DNA of 64,000 nucleotides. Origin: Eledone cirrhosa (taxonomy: Eukaryota). Position numbers and translations under genes: made by a program. Within the stretch, counting starts at the first letter, position 1. Each line of letters starts with the position of its first letter. The stretch covers positions 81,096,001-81,160,000 of the forward strand of contig OZ024746.1 of the NCBI GenBank assembly GCA_964016885.1, read 5' to 3'. Shown here piece after piece: positions 22,226-36,091 of the stretch. The notes beneath the pieces are model-generated. The model made no database searches. It saw only the letters and a program-made list of their open reading frames with translations, and had not been told where the DNA came from.

Positions 22226-22717
22226 CCTTTTAACATATTTATATTTCTAATGAAAGACACTGCCTATGATTTTTAAGTAATTTTGAAAATAATTAAGAAT
22301 CTGAAAGGATTTGATAATAATGATTTCTACTTTAGGCACAAGACCAGCAATTGGGGGTGGAGAAGTTGATTAAATTGATCTCAGTGCATTGCTGGTACTT
22401 TATTTTATTGACTTCGTAAGGACGAAAGGCAAAGCTAACTTCGGCAGGATTTGAACTCAGAATCTAAAAGGCCGCAACTCAATGCCGTGAAGCATGTTGT
22501 CCGACGCTCTACCGATTCTGTCAATCTACTGCCCTCAAAGATTTGATAATAATATTTAGCTTTCCCATCATTATGCTGGTATTTGGAACATAGCTAAACA
22601 AAGGTTCTTACATAAAATTATGATGGAAATTTTTTTTTTTTTTTAAATAAGTATACATATTTTAAAATAAACAGTTTTGTATCATAGAATGAGGGTTTGG
22701 GTTTGGTGTCAGAAGGG
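22226..22717. mobile_element. MITE family 2 interrupted by an older family 1 SINE (22322-22535, minus)
   Basis: Ends AGAAGGG|TTAA; SINE flanked by GATTTGATAATAAT direct repeats. Confidence 0.7.
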
Positions 22718-23262
22718 TTAATTTGCATGATCTTCATATGTGCACATGTAAATGTGAACGCCTATGTGTATATGTATTTGCGTGTCTGGAGGAAAGGAAC
22801 CAAGCCTCTAATAATTAGACTCTGTATTAGTAGTTCAGTGAATACTTAGCAATATACTTCCCTCTTTTACAGTGAACATCTACATTTTAAATACACATCT
22901 CTTGACCTGTCTCTTCTCTATATTCTTTTATTTTTATCTTTTATTCTATTTTATTCTTATATTTTGCAACTAATAGAATAAAGTTTCCTTGTTGCTTTTC
23001 TTGTTAAACTCAAAATCAACACTGATGTTTGCATGCATATATATATATATATTTCTGTATAAAATGTTTGAGGACCCTCAGACACCCTCTCCTGTGCACT
23101 TAGTGGAGTATCGACCATACATAAAGTGAGATACAGATCCCTGGCTTATCTGGGAGATCAATGGCTCTGCTTCAGTACTGAGTTGGTCTATGTAGATCCA
23201 TTCAACCCCTGCTAGCAGGGAAAGTAGATGTTAAAACAATGATGTTGATGATAATGATAATG

Positions 23263-23370
<108 letters not shown>

Positions 23371-24129
23371 TTGAAATCAAAATAAGTTATAGCTTCTAAA
23401 GATAACGGAAAAAGCTGGGTGAGTTCTTTGGCGTAATGGTTGTCTGGCAAGCAAGAGATGTGGATTGAACTCGCATGTGTACTGATACCCATTTTTTCCA
23501 TTCAGTGGATTTATACACCCCATGATATTATTTAGTCAATGGTCGTGGATTGGCAGTATCGGTAGAGGGTCGGACACCATGCTTTCCAGCATAGTTACGT
23601 CCCTTTACGATCTGAGTTCAAATCCCGCCGATGAAGATGATGATGTTGAGACGATAGGCTTCTACAGTTTCCATCCACCAAATTCCTCTCATTAGTCATA
23701 GATCGACTTGAGGCTATAGAAGATGCTTGTCCAGGGTACCACACTGTGTAGTCTGTCTGGAAACACATGGATGCAAAGCAAACTCTTTAATCACAGATTC
23801 ATGCCTGCATCCATGTATATCTTCTCTTTTCAATTTTTTTTCCTTTTTACTGGTAACATGCACCGAGGACCACATTATAAAACGTGTCTTTCGTTTTTTA
23901 AGACCCTTAGATGTTATTTGCAGGATAGTTGGGTGTTATTTCTGTTTATATAATACGAATGTATACTACCGTACACATGGTAGTGGTGGTGGTAGTGGTT
24001 TCGTTGGTCATAGGTCAACACTGCTCCAGATGAACTATGATCAAAGGCATTCCAGCCGTGACCATCCCACTGTTTTTCTTTACAAGTTACATGCTCCCAG
24101 GACAACATTATGAAATGTGTCCTTCCCTT

Positions 24130-27100
24130 TTCACGACGGTATATTGTGGGTCGAGGGTGATTGACTGTTATCTGTAGAGGGGCCCCACTGTTTAGTTAAT
24201 AAGGAATATATACCACTATAAGCATAATGATGATGATGGTGACGGTAGTAGTAGTAGTAGTAGTAGTAGTAGTTTCTGTGATGATAAAAAAAAAAGAAAT
24301 CAAGATATCTAAAGTGAGCGTCCCCTTCACTTACGTAGATGAATACTATCCAGTAGTTAAGCACTACTTAATGATCGACGAGTCCATTAGTAAACGAAGG
24401 AGGGATGAGGCTATAAGTTGTTGTCTATCTCCCTACTCTTACTCTATTTCTTTCTCTCCAAACGTCAATAGTATGGCTGCTCTCTGGAGGTGTTTCTATT
24501 ATGAAAATATAGTTTAATTGAAGGAATATACAGTAAAGCAGAATATGAAAATACAAACAGGAATATCCCTACACATTTAAGCTGTTTTCGTTGTATAATG
24601 TCCTCAACATGGCTAGCAGACAGCCAACTTGACATGTAAGCGAAGTGGCTGGCAGCGAAAGAGAAAGAAAGAGAGAGAAAAACAGAGAGAGTTTGGGGAG
24701 GAAATGCTATATTATTTTAGAACTACCATATTTACACACATTGCTATTTATTCACCTCATTGAAAAATGACTTCTTACAGTAAGTTGATTTTTATCTTCC
24801 CGAGTCTTTTCTTGCTTTCGTTTTCATCAGATATTCATGTAAAAACAGACCATTTCTGTGGATCCACTGTTTAGTTTATTCTCACTTACCACGTTTCTAT
24901 TTTCTCGCCGAGATGAGTCAGTTTAAACATTCTTTTTGTTTTGTATTTATTTTATTTCGAACACGTTTTATTATGGATTTATCATTGTTTTCATTTCGTA
25001 ATTTTTCAAATTTATTTTCCCCAATTAAAAATATATTATGACAAAGAAAAATTTTTTTTTATTACAATGTTGTTTATTGGGATTGTACGATTTACATACC
25101 CCACTCTTTCTCTCTCTAATTCCTACTACTGTCTGCATTCGTATTTTTGCCTATTAAAAGTTGCTGTTTAATCTCTTGACACGCACTTTACTGTTACTAC
25201 TGCACACGAATCACTGGCTATGTTGTCGAACATGCCGCGACTGACATAACCTGCGCAACTTACAGAACAAACACTTTTTGGTTCCGAAACTTTTTTCTTT
25301 TTTTTTTTTTTCGCTACCTTCATAAATATATTTAATATATGCACTCTACTTGAACAAATAAGAAATAATTCTAAAAATAAAATAAAATAAAAAGCATTGT
25401 CTAATAAATATAGAAATAAAATATAAGTTAAACGTTTTATATATATAATTATATAACTTTGCTAAATACAATTTCTTCCATACACATACAATTTTAGACT
25501 TGTCCGTATGTTAGAAACGATTTTTGTTGTTTGAGTTGGCAGAGTCGTTGGAGCATCGGCCAAAATGTTTTGTGGTATTTGTTCCCTCATCATGTTCAGG
25601 GTTCAAGTTGCTTTCCATCTTTCAGGGGTCAATAAAATGGACTTTCCCCTCTCTCAAAATATGTTGCCTTTATGCCTAGATTAGAAACTGTTGTTTGTAT
25701 CTATTATCTCTTGCCTGGACGTGGAGACGAAAATGCAGCTGTTTTTCGATCCAAAATAATAACCATTGCTTTTAGTTAACTTTTAGTGGCGTGTTAAGTT
25801 TGTAACATCGACAACCTACCTATATAATAATAGCGTTTAATGTAGTTATGCTACTTCGTCAGTGGAGTATGTACTATTGATCAATCAATATAGTTTTATG
25901 AGCGTTGAGAGGGGTTTCCTCGTCGTGTTCAGATCTTTGTTTACTTTTTCGATTCGGTGTTTTCTCCATTTCTTTCTTCTTCAAAATGTTGAAAAGGAAA
26001 CGACTGACATTTCTTCCTTCCAGCAAAATTCGATTTTTCTTTTTTTCCATAATCGGAATGATTAAATAAGTTTAACAAGTTTTATTCAATTATTGTTTAA
26101 CAGTTAATAGAATTAGTCGTTAATAGAATGTATACATACACACGCCGCAATTTTATTCTTGCGGGTGTTTTATGTTTCCCATATGAATTAATTTAATTAT
26201 TTCAGCTGATGAATAGAATAATGAATAGGAAACAAAACTGTTCTGTTTGGTATGGTGTCAAGTTGGACTTTTCAAGTTAATGTATACAGAGTTTTGCGAA
26301 GAGGAGGTGAGGTTGGCTATGAGCTGTGTCACCTAAACATATATCTATTTATATAAACCGATTTCTGAAGGAAGACACCGCCCAACTATCGTATTTCGTA
26401 AAACCCGTGCTTTGCCTAATTATTTGAGGAAATAAAGAAAACCAGGATGAGTGTCCAGAACTTGTTCGAACCCAACCTTTAAAAGCTTACAATTATTTTA
26501 TTATATATATATTTTTTTTTTCCAACTCCTACTCACATATTTTCAAAATGACATGTCGCTTAATTTTTTTTTCTCGACAGAAATGTTTTATTTCTTCCTT
26601 AGTGATTTTATTCACGTTAAAATTTCTCATCTGCTAGAATGTAATTTTCGTTTGAAACTATCTAAACTTTATCATACATTTCCGACATAACTTCTAAAAT
26701 ATATTTAATAAGTTGTATGACCGTATTCCCTAGTGTAGTGTGTAGTTGAAAGAGTGTGTATGTGTATGTGTTTGTTTTGTTTTGTTTTGTTTTTTTACTT
26801 ATTTTTATTGTTATCGCCTATTTACTTTGTTGGTTGTATTAACGAAATAAGTGGATGTTGTCTTAATACACATGCGGAAGCAGTCTCTATACACGTACAT
26901 TAAACATATTCTTGCATTGCACTTATTTAAAAGAAAGATTTCATTAGAAATAATTGCATCGTGATTACGTCATATCGGTCACTTAAAATACACACACACA
27001 ACCACTTTTGATTTATTTATTATTTCGTTATAATAGTATATCATTATCAGACATGCATTGTACGTATCTATTACCTGGTCACTGATATTCTATTTCACTG

Positions 27101-27700
27101 TAAATACTTTTGTCGAATGAGAGTTAGAAAGAAGTCGTTTTAGGTAGTTTTACAACTTCGAATAATTCACGTACAAGAACAAATATCGGCATTATTGGAT
27201 CTACCAAATCTCAGCTCTGACATTCCCAAGATTATTTCTCCCCTAATAGAATTATATATATATATATGTGTGTGTGTGTGTTGGTTCTGCTTTGGTCAGT
27301 GAGACCTAGCTAGTATTTGTTTCTCATTGATTCCCTGGAAAGGAAACGTAAGATTAGTGATAAGTAAAAAGACTAATCCTTAGGGATTCTTGTATTTGGT
27401 GTTTAGCTACCTATAAATATTCCAACCGTTGACAACTATGTAGCCGTATATTTAAAGTAAATTTATCATGCCTCCATCTCTACAACTAGTAAGACAACCG
27501 GCAAATATTTGGAATGGATGTCCTTTAGTGAAAATATAGGCTTGAGTAGTCAGTTTTATTGGGAAGATGGGAAGGGGGTCATTTTACTCATGAAAGTCTG
27601 TTAGCACTCGCCATAAAATATCAGCTCATAGGGTGATCGATGTTTTTATTATTTTTAACTCTTCTCTTATGTGAAAATGGACATTGTTGGCCATCCCCGT
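24130..27700. promoter_or_regulatory. CpG-retaining, TE-poor promoter region, probably bidirectional
   Basis: By eye, CG dinucleotides are frequent here and scarce in flanking non-SINE DNA; GTAAGT donors on + (24780) and - (24334, 24889); YY1-like AACATGGC at 24606-24613; GA-rich tract at 24657-24700. Confidence 0.6.
24767..24779 (+). CDS. Candidate first coding exon of the DLGAP-family gene (MTSY, phase 1)
   Basis: AAAA-ATG ACT TCT TAC A|GTAAGT; joins in frame to the phase-1 acceptor at 44479 (A|GA = Arg). Confidence 0.5.
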
Positions 27701-28851
27701 ACCTGTAAAAATTTGCATGCTATTTTTTTTTGGGGGGGGGGGGGGCTTTGTCAAGCGGATTATAGAATGTAAATATTTCTATATTCTTAGTCATCATTAT
27801 TGTTGATAATAATAATCATTACTACCATTTTTATTGTTGATAATAATAATGGTAGTAATGATGATGATGATAATTTGAAATAAAGACAAAATATATTTTT
27901 TATGTGAATAAAATGCTAGATTGAAATATAATCTAGAATGGAGAATATAAAACGGCATTTGAAAACTGAATCCAATTCAGTTCTTTAGATAAGACATACA
28001 GGATGTCACTATTCAAAGACAGACCAACCAAATTCGAACTAATTACTACTGCCCTCACGCACATTCTTTTAATACCAATTTGGCCAAAACTGACTCTAGC
28101 TCCATGAAAGAAAACTACCCATTAAATGGTTCATATTTAAATCTGCCAACATGATTTTGTATAAGAACCTTATGCTAAGTTGTTAGTAAGGAAATAATTA
28201 AATTTTTTTAATGAATCCCTCCAAATTCTTAATTAATTAATTGAAATAGAGTATATTTCATAAGAAATTTGGTCACGAAATGGTTAAATACAAAATTATA
28301 TTAAGATTATAGTTGTCAAATTATTATTATTATTTTTTTATTGTTAGTGGGCCATTTGTTGTTTTACTGTATGATCTGTTGTTTTAATTAGCCATTGAGG
28401 GTTGCACACCACTGCTATATACCCAACTCAGAACAGAGGTGAGAGGTAGATAGACCTACAATTTTGAGGGTTGCCTACTCCTCTCATGCTGTAGTTCTTT
28501 TACTCAGCTCTGTTACATGTAAGTACAACATGTATACTACATATACATATATATATATCAGTAACCCATGCATGTATTTAACCCTGATTACTTAAATACT
28601 TAAACAGCCTGAAATGGGCTAATCATCCATCAACATCGTCTTTTTTTATGTTGATTTCGTTTCCATGCTGGCATGGGTTTGACGAGATTTTTGAGGCAAT
28701 GTTTTAAAGCCGAATACCCTTCCTGATACCAAACATTTTAGTCACTTCTTACAACATGCAGCGATATGGTGTACATAGTCTAAACCTGATACACAGGTTC
28801 TATATGTTACATCTGGCTTGAGCCTGCTACCAACTTTGGATGGGCCTATAT

Positions 28852-29446
28852 AATAATAATAATAATAATAATGAAATTATTGTGTAAAGTGCTCAGGTGC
28901 ACTACAACTCGTCAAAGGTGTATGTATAGTACATAGAATAACACACAAATGTCAGGGAAGTGAATAGTGTATGAGTCATGGTATACATGTGTGTATGTGT
29001 ATGGAGGGGGAACATTAGGTGTAGTGGTAGCAGATCTCGGGAAGTATGGAGGCCTTAAAGGATGCAGTGTCTCGACAGCTAACAACTGATGCAGGTAGTT
29101 TGTTCCATGCTTCAGCAACTCTGAGCGTGAGAAAATATTTCTGAAAGTCATGGGAACTGTGCTGTTTTCTGACTTTGTGGGCATGCCCACGTGTGTTAGA
29201 CACATGGAAATCAAAAAGGTACTCAGGGTTGTTGTTGACAAGATGGTTAACAATTTTGTGGGTGTTTACCAAGTCAGTTGCCAGGCGTCGGAGCTTCAAT
29301 GTATCCATGCCCAGGGAAGCAAGGCGCTCAGAGTATGGTAGATGCCTGATGGAGGGTATTCGCTTGGTTGCACGTCTCTGAACAGTTTCCAGGCGGTCAA
29401 TGTTCTGAGCAAGATAGGGGTTCCAGACTGGTGATGCAAATTCTAA
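28852..29446 (-). mobile_element. Second 5'-truncated CR1-clade LINE copy
   Basis: Near-identical reverse complement of 8680-9210 with a longer 3'UTR and (ATT)n tail. Confidence 0.93.
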
Positions 29447-32400
29447 GATAAATTGATAATCTTAACATACAAAACAACCCACAACAAGGCTTCTTTTCTT
29501 TCTTCTTCTCCTCAACCACATACATAAGGTAGCAGAATTTACATCATTCCTGTGACCTATTATGTCTATCAGCTGTAGTCAGATAAACCTTCAACAATAT
29601 ATAATAAAAACATTCTATAATTTCATTTTTATGTAACACTAAATATAACATGAAAGTAAATATGTACAATAACTCACATTCGGTTGTAGCGTTAGATATA
29701 ACACAAAATAAAATATGTACAAAGACTAACACAACCAGTTTTACTAAGTTCACATCAAATAGAATCTTCACTCAAGTAACAGGGAATGGGGACCAAATTA
29801 ATAACAGGGCTACCATAATTCTGTTTGTTGTTTTCTATGCACACAGTTGATACCAGATTGCTAAACTCTTGACTATCAGTTGTTCAATGTCTGTAGATTT
29901 ATAACATGCTGCTACAAGTGGGATGATTAACTTGAGCCAATGGAGAAAATATTCATACAGTTACTTGGCCTGCTAGAAATATCAACCAAATGTTCTTCTA
30001 ATCACTCTCCATCTTCTGTTATCACAATAGTCATAGTGGTTTGAGTTTGAATACTTGAAAGTTAGTTCAAATTCTTTTAAAATCTGGTCTAAGATGTTAA
30101 TGTCTATAGTAACTGCAACACTATCCTATAGACATAAGCAACTCACTAGTATGAACCTTACTTGCGCTTTGTAGAAAATCAGCAACTTATAAAATAACTA
30201 TTTCTTGACTCTAAAGTGGAGTCCAAGTCTGTGTGATGCACTTGTGGTAATGTTAAGGGTGTGGGAAATATTGCCAAACCTTGGTGACACCAGATGACCA
30301 GGATTGGGAACACTTTGCATTAGTTGTCTGGTGACTAAAGACATTTTTATATTTCAGTGGTATACAAATTTGTGAGGAATGATCTAAAGACGGTTGGATT
30401 TGGTTTTGTTGCTGTGTGTATGAAAGAAAAACATTGGTAGATGAGGAAGTGAATATGTGGAGGAATATTGCCTGCAGAGTGTCTTCACTAAAGAATAGCT
30501 GATAGAATTCTAAGAATCAAGGGAAAATAAATCTCCAAGAAACACCTTCCTTGGCTAAAACGTGACAGTTGCTGCCTGTTATTTAACTGGACCTAACTTT
30601 ATCCTAGTTTAGGAATGTGTCTTTCTGTAGATGGTAGAAAAACATATTTGTGTACATTGTTCTATGTCCAATAACATCTATGTTGTTTAGGAAATACTGA
30701 AAATGATTAATAATGCAAGGTGTGAGAAATGACAGTAGTCTCCAATCTTTAGATTATCTAACACATTCTGTATATACACTTTTCCATTTCTAATATTGTT
30801 TGATTTTCATACTAAATTTCTATTTGAGATATGATGACCAATGTTTGTTTTTTTTAGTTTTGCCTTATTATATACATCTTAGTTTAGTTCAAGTTTTTTC
30901 TCTTTCTATTTTAGAATATTGATGTTAACAATACATTAGCTATTTTAGTTGTTTTTCTAACTACTGCTTGTGCATTCCTTGTCTACTTAGCAGTAAAATG
31001 TTCCCATCCATGTCACATCTACAACAATTATATTCTTTGCACACCTATATTGTTAAAGAATAGCATGGCATAATGTTAAGTGTGGTCTTAACCAAACAGA
31101 GGTATAAGCATAGCTGGTGTACTAGGCGTATATGAACCACACCTTGTTCATTCTAACAGATTATGTGTCATAGGTCTACTTTATAAGGATTGATAGTGGT
31201 TGTGGCTACACAATAATATCATCAGAAGTTCAATGAAGGTTATTCAGTAAACCCTCTTTTGTTAATGCTTAGTCTGGAGTACAAACAGCATTGATGATCC
31301 ATTTTTAGGGCCTCTAAGATTGGTAGGAAGGAAAAATGTATACCTGGTTAAAATACTTGCAACAGAATGAACTTCACTAAAGCTACCCAAGGGCCATATG
31401 ACTGATAAATTGGGCAACAGATTAAGTATACCACCTAAGTAGACTGCAGCAAGATTTGAGCTGAATCAAATAGTGTAAGGCATTATGTCCAGTGGTCTAA
31501 TGATTCTACCACCCAAGGCTGGTACTTGGAAGGATGAAAGGTAAAGTTGACCTCAGCAAGATTTGTTGTGAAGCTTTCAACTTTTTCTATTGAACTGTAC
31601 TGAGTAAACTGTGTTCTGATAACAAATACTTATCCCTGATGTATCAACAGCTGACTTTTCAACACCAAAGCACTAACATAGTGTTAATATGTGTGTGTCT
31701 GTGAGTGTGTATATATATATATATATATACATACTATCATATCAACACTAGAAAATAGCAAAGTGTAGGAGGACTAAATATTTAGATATTAACATTCTTT
31801 ACCTCTTATGAAACCACTTTAGCAAGACATTCTTCATAAGTTAATTTTATACTTCTATATTATGAGTTCAAATCCCACTAGAGCCGGTCTTGAATTTTGT
31901 CTTTAGGAATGATAAAGTTAACACTAATAACAGTAGAGTGCATACAATAACCCACTCCACAAGGGAAAGTTTTACTTGTTCCTAGTCAAAAGAAAATGCA
32001 AGATACACAAACTAATATACTATAACACGTCCATGTTAATATGCACTTAAATTTTATGTTAGCTCTAATTAAAATAATTTACATAAGATTATATGAGTTA
32101 ACATGAGCAATTATTATCTATAAATTTGCTAAATCATCTATTGCTTAAAAACCAGATTATAATTTGACAAAAATGACTCATAAATTTATCTAATGGGGAG
32201 ATTAGGTTTTGTATCTTTTTATTCAAATAGGTTCTTGCAAACATCAAGACACCTGAAAGCATTTAAGTGGTTCAAAATATTTATGTGCACTAGCTGTCCA
32301 CTACCAGGCAATTATTCAATCTATTTTCCTTGATAGTTAGAAACATGAATTAGCCCTGAACTTGCTTCAGCTTATGTTACCTTTTCCCTCCACACAATCA

Positions 32401-33179
32401 TTTCTAATTCAGTTTCTTGCATTCTCTCTGTAAAGTAGTTGTCAATAAAATGGAAACCATGTGAAGAAAACTCTTTAGTCGTGTCGAGGATTTGACAATC
32501 TCTATAGTGTTGGTCCCATGATAAAACACACTCAATTCACTCTGCAAAAGAGTTTGGTGGTAGGAAAGTCATCCAACCATAGAAGCCCTACCAAAATACA
32601 AACAGATCTTAGTCCTCCACCCTGTCAAGTCTACTCCAGATAAGAAGTGACTCAGATCATAACAACCTATCCAAACCACGTCAGCATGGAAAGCAGACAT
32701 AAAATGATAATGAGAATGACAGCGACATTAAACACTTTTGATGTTGATGGTGATAACTATTGTTTTTCATATAGATAGTATCCCTGTGTCATTAATGGCA
32801 CTGATTTTTATTTTAAATAGAAATATGAGATTTATTATAAAAGACACTTTGTATAGAAATAGTGTTTGGTGGCATTTGTAAGTCACTATCTTGAAGACAA
32901 AATGTTTAAATATGTGGTTAATAATATATTTTTGTTTCATATGACCTTTAGCTTTCACATTACTACTTGCTATAATTGTCTAGCTGACACTATTCATGTC
33001 ACCTAGCTGCATTGGTATTTCCGCTATGTCAATTATTCTGTAAACATATAACATCTTACTATCTTTTAGTTGCAGCATATCTACATATAAAAAATGTTTA
33101 CAATTGTTGAGAAAATTGGTAGAACTCATTTTTTATCATACAACATCATCAAGTGTTTTAAGGCCATTTTCCCTATTAA

Positions 33180-33341
33180 CCCTTTAACATTTAAACCAGC
33201 AGTATCCAGCCAGAATTCTCTCATCTCTTTCAGTTCAAACTGGCCATTACTGGCCACTCATACTGATGTTAAGGTATTGTTCTCAAAATAAATAATATCA
33301 AAATTTCATAGATTATATGGAGTAATGTAAATGCTAAAGTG
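33180..33341 (+). mobile_element. TTAA-type MITE family 1, internally deleted
   Basis: TTAA|CCCTTTAACATTTA...TAAATGCTAAAGTG|TTAA. Confidence 0.8.
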
Positions 33342-34366
33342 TTAAAATAGGGATTAGACTTAAACACTTAATGTGAGTCTTTATACACATCACATCATGA
33401 GGTCATGTTTGAGGCAGTGTTTTATGGCTAGATGCAGCCCTTCTTAGTTCCAACCTCTATAGTTACCTCTTATGACATGCAATGTTATTGTCTACCTGTT
33501 CTAAACTAGATACACACATTATAATTATCTTTTTATCATAAGCAACAAAATATTTCCTTTAGCATAAATCAATATGTTGTCCAACTATGGAATGATGCCA
33601 TCTAATGAAAGGGAGATTCAGCCCAGTTGTATAATATTTCATATTGTTACATCTTAGGAAAAGAAGCATATGAGAATGAGGGCAGTATCTTACAGATCAG
33701 AAACAAAGGAGTACGTAGGGCCTCCAAGAGAGATTTTGCCAAACTGAACAAAACTGCTTTGGGTACTCTATGGCCACTAAGATGTTTTTTGAGGAGTGCG
33801 ATTGGGTATCAAATATTCACAGAACTCTTCTTGCCTCTCCAAGTCCTGGACTGATGTATCAGCTGAACCCTACCTATTTATGAGCCATGGGTGTGAAACA
33901 GTTTATTACAAAGTATGAAATGTAATGAGGGACAATAATGAATGTAGACAAGAAAATTTCAAATTATTGGGTTTATTGGAATAATATTGCATGTGATATT
34001 GTATTAAGATTTGTAGGACAAAATAGGTGCATGTGATAGTTTTGGTAGGAGACAGATAAATAATGTCAAATTTGGAAGAGAAGAGCCCACTGGAAAAAGC
34101 AGTAAGTTGATAGAGAATTTGTAAATTGTCATTGCAAAGTGTTTCAATTAAAAACATTTTGCCTCTATAATCTAATAGAAAAATCATATTTCTCAACAGT
34201 AACAACACTATACAACAAGCATTTTATGGGGCTTCATACTCATCTTTAGACCCTTCTCGGGGCAATGTTTTACATCCAGACGCCATTCCTGGTGCACACC
34301 CTTTTAATGTTACTTCTTACAACATTCAGTAAAGATAAATGTATGGAAATGATATATATATATATA

Positions 34367-34423
<57 letters not shown>

Positions 34424-34716
34424 GGGTAAGATATTGTCTAGACTAATGAATCCACATTATGTGAAATTTTAAAAATTTATATTAGTAGAGTTGACTTTAG
34501 GTTCTAATAGTTACTACCTGTAGCACTTTGATTAACCTATACTTTTGTCAGACAATATGATTAATTACTTTACATATTAATAAGTATATATATATATAGG
34601 GACTGTAACAGATCAAACCTTTAGCTGGTCAATAGCGAAACGCATGTCACTAATAATCGTAATGAAGGCATAACAAATCATCCTTTTTATTATTATTATT
34701 ATTATTATTGTATTGT

Positions 34717-34898
34717 TTGGCAGTATCGGTAGAGGGTCTGACGCCATGCTTTGACGCATAGAGTTACGGCCCTTGACATTCTGAGTTCAAATCCCGCCGA
34801 GCGGTTAACTTTGCCTTTCATCCTTACGGGGGTCGATAAAATAAAGTACCAGTAATACACTGGGTAATTGCTGGCCTTGTGCCAAAAGTAGAAACAAT
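34717..34898 (+). mobile_element. Family 1 SINE
   Basis: A box TGGCAGTATCGG, B box GAGTTCAAATCCC, (ATT)n tail. Confidence 0.92.
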
Positions 34899-34904
34899 TA
34901 TTAT

Positions 34905-34947
<43 letters not shown>

Positions 34948-35994
34948 GCATGTGTGTTTACATGGAAAAAAATAACAAGGCAAAGTAGAGAATACTTTTT
35001 AGTCTGACTGCAATGTTTGTAGTGCCAGTGGTATGATAAAATGAACTCATTTGATACAGTAAAGTGGAAATGTGATAATGTGATAGGAAGGATATCATCC
35101 AGCCATTATATAAATGTTGAAAATAACATGATATAACGACAAAGTTGGGTGGGGTTTTACTTTTCTTTGTTGCTGTGTGACTGAATGACAAAAGATTGCT
35201 ATGTATGGCGAGATGCTATGATACCAACATATGCCATCTTTGAAAAACAGATGTAAAATGATGATTAACTATATTTGTACCTTCTATCATTGTTGTAAAA
35301 GCATGTAGGCTACATTGTTTTGCTAAACATGTGAGTTAATGTAAGCCTATTCTCTCTGATGATGTGTCAAATTGAAGTGTTATTACTTTATGTATAGCAA
35401 GCTTATATCCATGTTTAAACACCACCCCCTGTTGCCACTAACTGATAAAGTAGCATAAAAAATGCATATTGAAGTAGTAGTGGAATAGTGTGTGTGTAAG
35501 ATAACAAGCTCCAGATCTTCTACCTCTGTATTAACTGTGTCAATTTCACCTTTACATCTCAAGATCACCTGAACACTTGAGATTTTTGTACAAAGAACAC
35601 ACACGCACACACTTATACAGGGTTTGACACCCATAAAGCATCAGGTACAGAGGTATTATGTTTGAGTAATTTCAGCCAATTGAACCTGTTATCTATCATT
35701 GATGATTTTTTTTACATAAACATAAGGTGAATCATCAATGACCTAGTTAATGGATATTGTTATATTTACAGTGAAAATGGAGGTCACCTTCTTTTTCTTT
35801 GTTCTATGCACATTCTACCAAAAGCTTGTTGCTGAGCAGACAAACCTATAATCAAAGACATTCCAGCTTTGACCATCCTATCTATTTAATGGTATCTGGG
35901 ACTCGTCATCATCTTTACAAATCTATATCCATTCTTCCATGCTACTATGGGTTGGATGGGTTATTACAGATCAAGTCGGTACCTAATCAATGTT

Positions 35995-36091
35995 AATGTC
36001 CTCCTATATGGACACAGCATAACTGAATGTCCTCCTATATGGACACAGCATAACTGAATGTCCTCCTATATGGACACAGCATAACTGAATG
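35995..36091. repeat. Perfect 31-bp x3 tandem repeat
   Basis: AATGTCCTCCTATATGGACACAGCATAACTG three times, overlapping the head of an old SINE. Confidence 0.92.

Noticed and set aside
34595-34660. Hammerhead at GCGAAACGCATGTC
   Set aside because: Only the GAAAC...GTC half is present; no CUGANGA core or stem I partner upstream.
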